Source of the DNA: a bacterium
GTDB taxonomy: Bacteria > JBBIVP01
DNA: 35,692 nucleotides
Assembly (NCBI GenBank): GCA_037439705.1
Contig: JBBIVP010000002.1
Location: 1 to 35,692, forward strand
Reading direction: 5' to 3'
The notes under the pieces are model-generated. The model saw only the letters and a list, made by a program, of their open reading frames with translations. It ran no database searches and had not been told where the DNA came from. Below are positions 35,188-35,692 of the stretch, one piece after another. Position 1 is the stretch's first letter. Each line of letters opens with the position of its first letter. Position numbers and translations under genes: made by a program.

Positions 35188-35484
35188 TTAACCCTTCTTC
35201 TCCTTTTTAGCCCTCTCTGCCTTCCTGTCTCCTGAATGTTGACGGAAAGTTCTTGTTGGAGCAAACTCTCCCAATTTATGCCCGACCATATTTTCGGTTA
35301 CATATACAGGAATAAATTTCATACCGTTATGAACTGCGAAAGTAAAACCAACCATTTCAGGAACAATTGTGGACCTTCTTGACCATGTTTTTATAACTTT
35401 TCTCTCTCCTGATTCCACCATTTTCAAAACCTTTTCCATAAGTTTTGGGTCAACATAAGGACCTTTTTTCAAGGACCTGGCCAT
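35188..35484 (-). CDS. rpsS: 30S ribosomal protein S19
   Basis: [15 protein letters not shown]...[14 protein letters not shown]...VHNG..F..V. Confidence 0.95.
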   Translation of the reverse strand: MARSLKKGPYVDPKLMEKVLKMVESGERKVIKTWSRRSTIVPEMVGFTFAVHNGMKFIPVYVTENMVGHKLGEFAPTRTFRQHSGDRKAERAKKEKKG

Positions 35485-35692
35485 TATTTTCTCCTCTTAA
35501 GGATAAATTTATCCGAATGCTTTTTCTTTCTCCTTGTTTTATAACCTTTAGTGAGCAAACCCCATGGAGAAACGGGATGAGGATTTCCCTGACCAGCTTT
35601 TCCTTCTCCTCGACCGTGGGGATGGTCACATGTATTCATAGATACCCCCCTGTTATGAGGTCGTCTTCCAAGCCATCTCGTTCTGCCTGCCT
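35484..35692 (-). CDS. rplB: 50S ribosomal protein L2 (C-terminal fragment; 5' end beyond window)
   Basis: Reverse-strand translation is ...[57 protein letters not shown].... TAATG junction with rpsS. Confidence 0.9.
   Translation of the reverse strand, partial: AGRTRWLGRRPHNRGVSMNTCDHPHGRGEGKAGQGNPHPVSPWGLLTKGYKTRRKKKHSDKFILKRRK

Noticed and set aside
1-35692. Mobile elements, prophage, defence systems (restriction-modification, toxin-antitoxin, CRISPR-Cas, retrons), tRNA/rRNA genes
   Set aside because: No transposase, integrase, reverse transcriptase, nuclease or methylase motif appeared in any frame I read. I saw no terminal inverted repeats flanking the 12-19 kb island, no spaced direct-repeat arrays, and no cloverleaf-like GC-rich segments. 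This is a by-eye scan, so small ncRNAs could have been missed.

Overview
AT-rich, very gene-dense bacterial chromosomal segment. Many neighbouring genes overlap by 1-41 nt, including ATGA, TAATG and GTGA junctions. The organism looks diderm: a BamD-like TPR protein, a porin-like barrel ending in Phe, TatA, and a Rieske protein with a Tat signal. All family calls rest on motif recognition in the translations; no searches were run.

Layout:
- (1) 1-6.9 kb, mostly minus strand: a secreted 5'-nucleotidase-like phosphoesterase (partial), radA, a radical SAM gene, a composite FN3 / Cys-box / beta-barrel surface protein, tatA, and a zinc-ribbon plus helical-repeat gene pair.
- (2) 6.9-12.1 kb, minus strand: a PpiD-like chaperone followed by Rieske -> cytochrome b6-like -> membrane-anchored octahaem cytochrome c, and an acyl-CoA dehydrogenase.
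- (3) 12.1-19.0 kb, accessory-looking island. It holds a B12-type radical SAM gene broken by one in-frame TGA. It also holds a tightly coupled operon PA14 protein (one in-frame TAA) -> PA14 protein -> Lgt-family transferase. Divergent from that operon are a 48-aa lipoprotein and a 657-aa orphan secreted protein.
- (4) 19.0-23.6 kb, plus strand: zinc-ribbon response regulator, BamD-like protein, alpha/beta hydrolase, and a GlcD/GlcF-like oxidase pair.
- (5) 23.6-35.7 kb, minus strand: canonical S10-spc-alpha ribosomal cluster rplB...rplQ with secY, adk, map, infA and rpoA, but no rpmD.

No tRNA, rRNA, CRISPR array, transposase or integrase was recognised.

Best candidate for something new: both PA14 proteins end in a Gly-rich-Cys motif + TM helix + basic tail, with exactly 31 residues after the Cys in each. 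They sit immediately upstream (3-nt gap) of a divergent Lgt-family gene, which suggests a C-terminal Cys-lipidation/sorting module.

Other observations:
- Two single in-frame stops fall in otherwise intact accessory genes.
- Five operon heads carry a -10 box 6-7 nt before the ATG, as expected for leaderless mRNAs.
- The PA14 operon and its divergent neighbour share a symmetric promoter pair.
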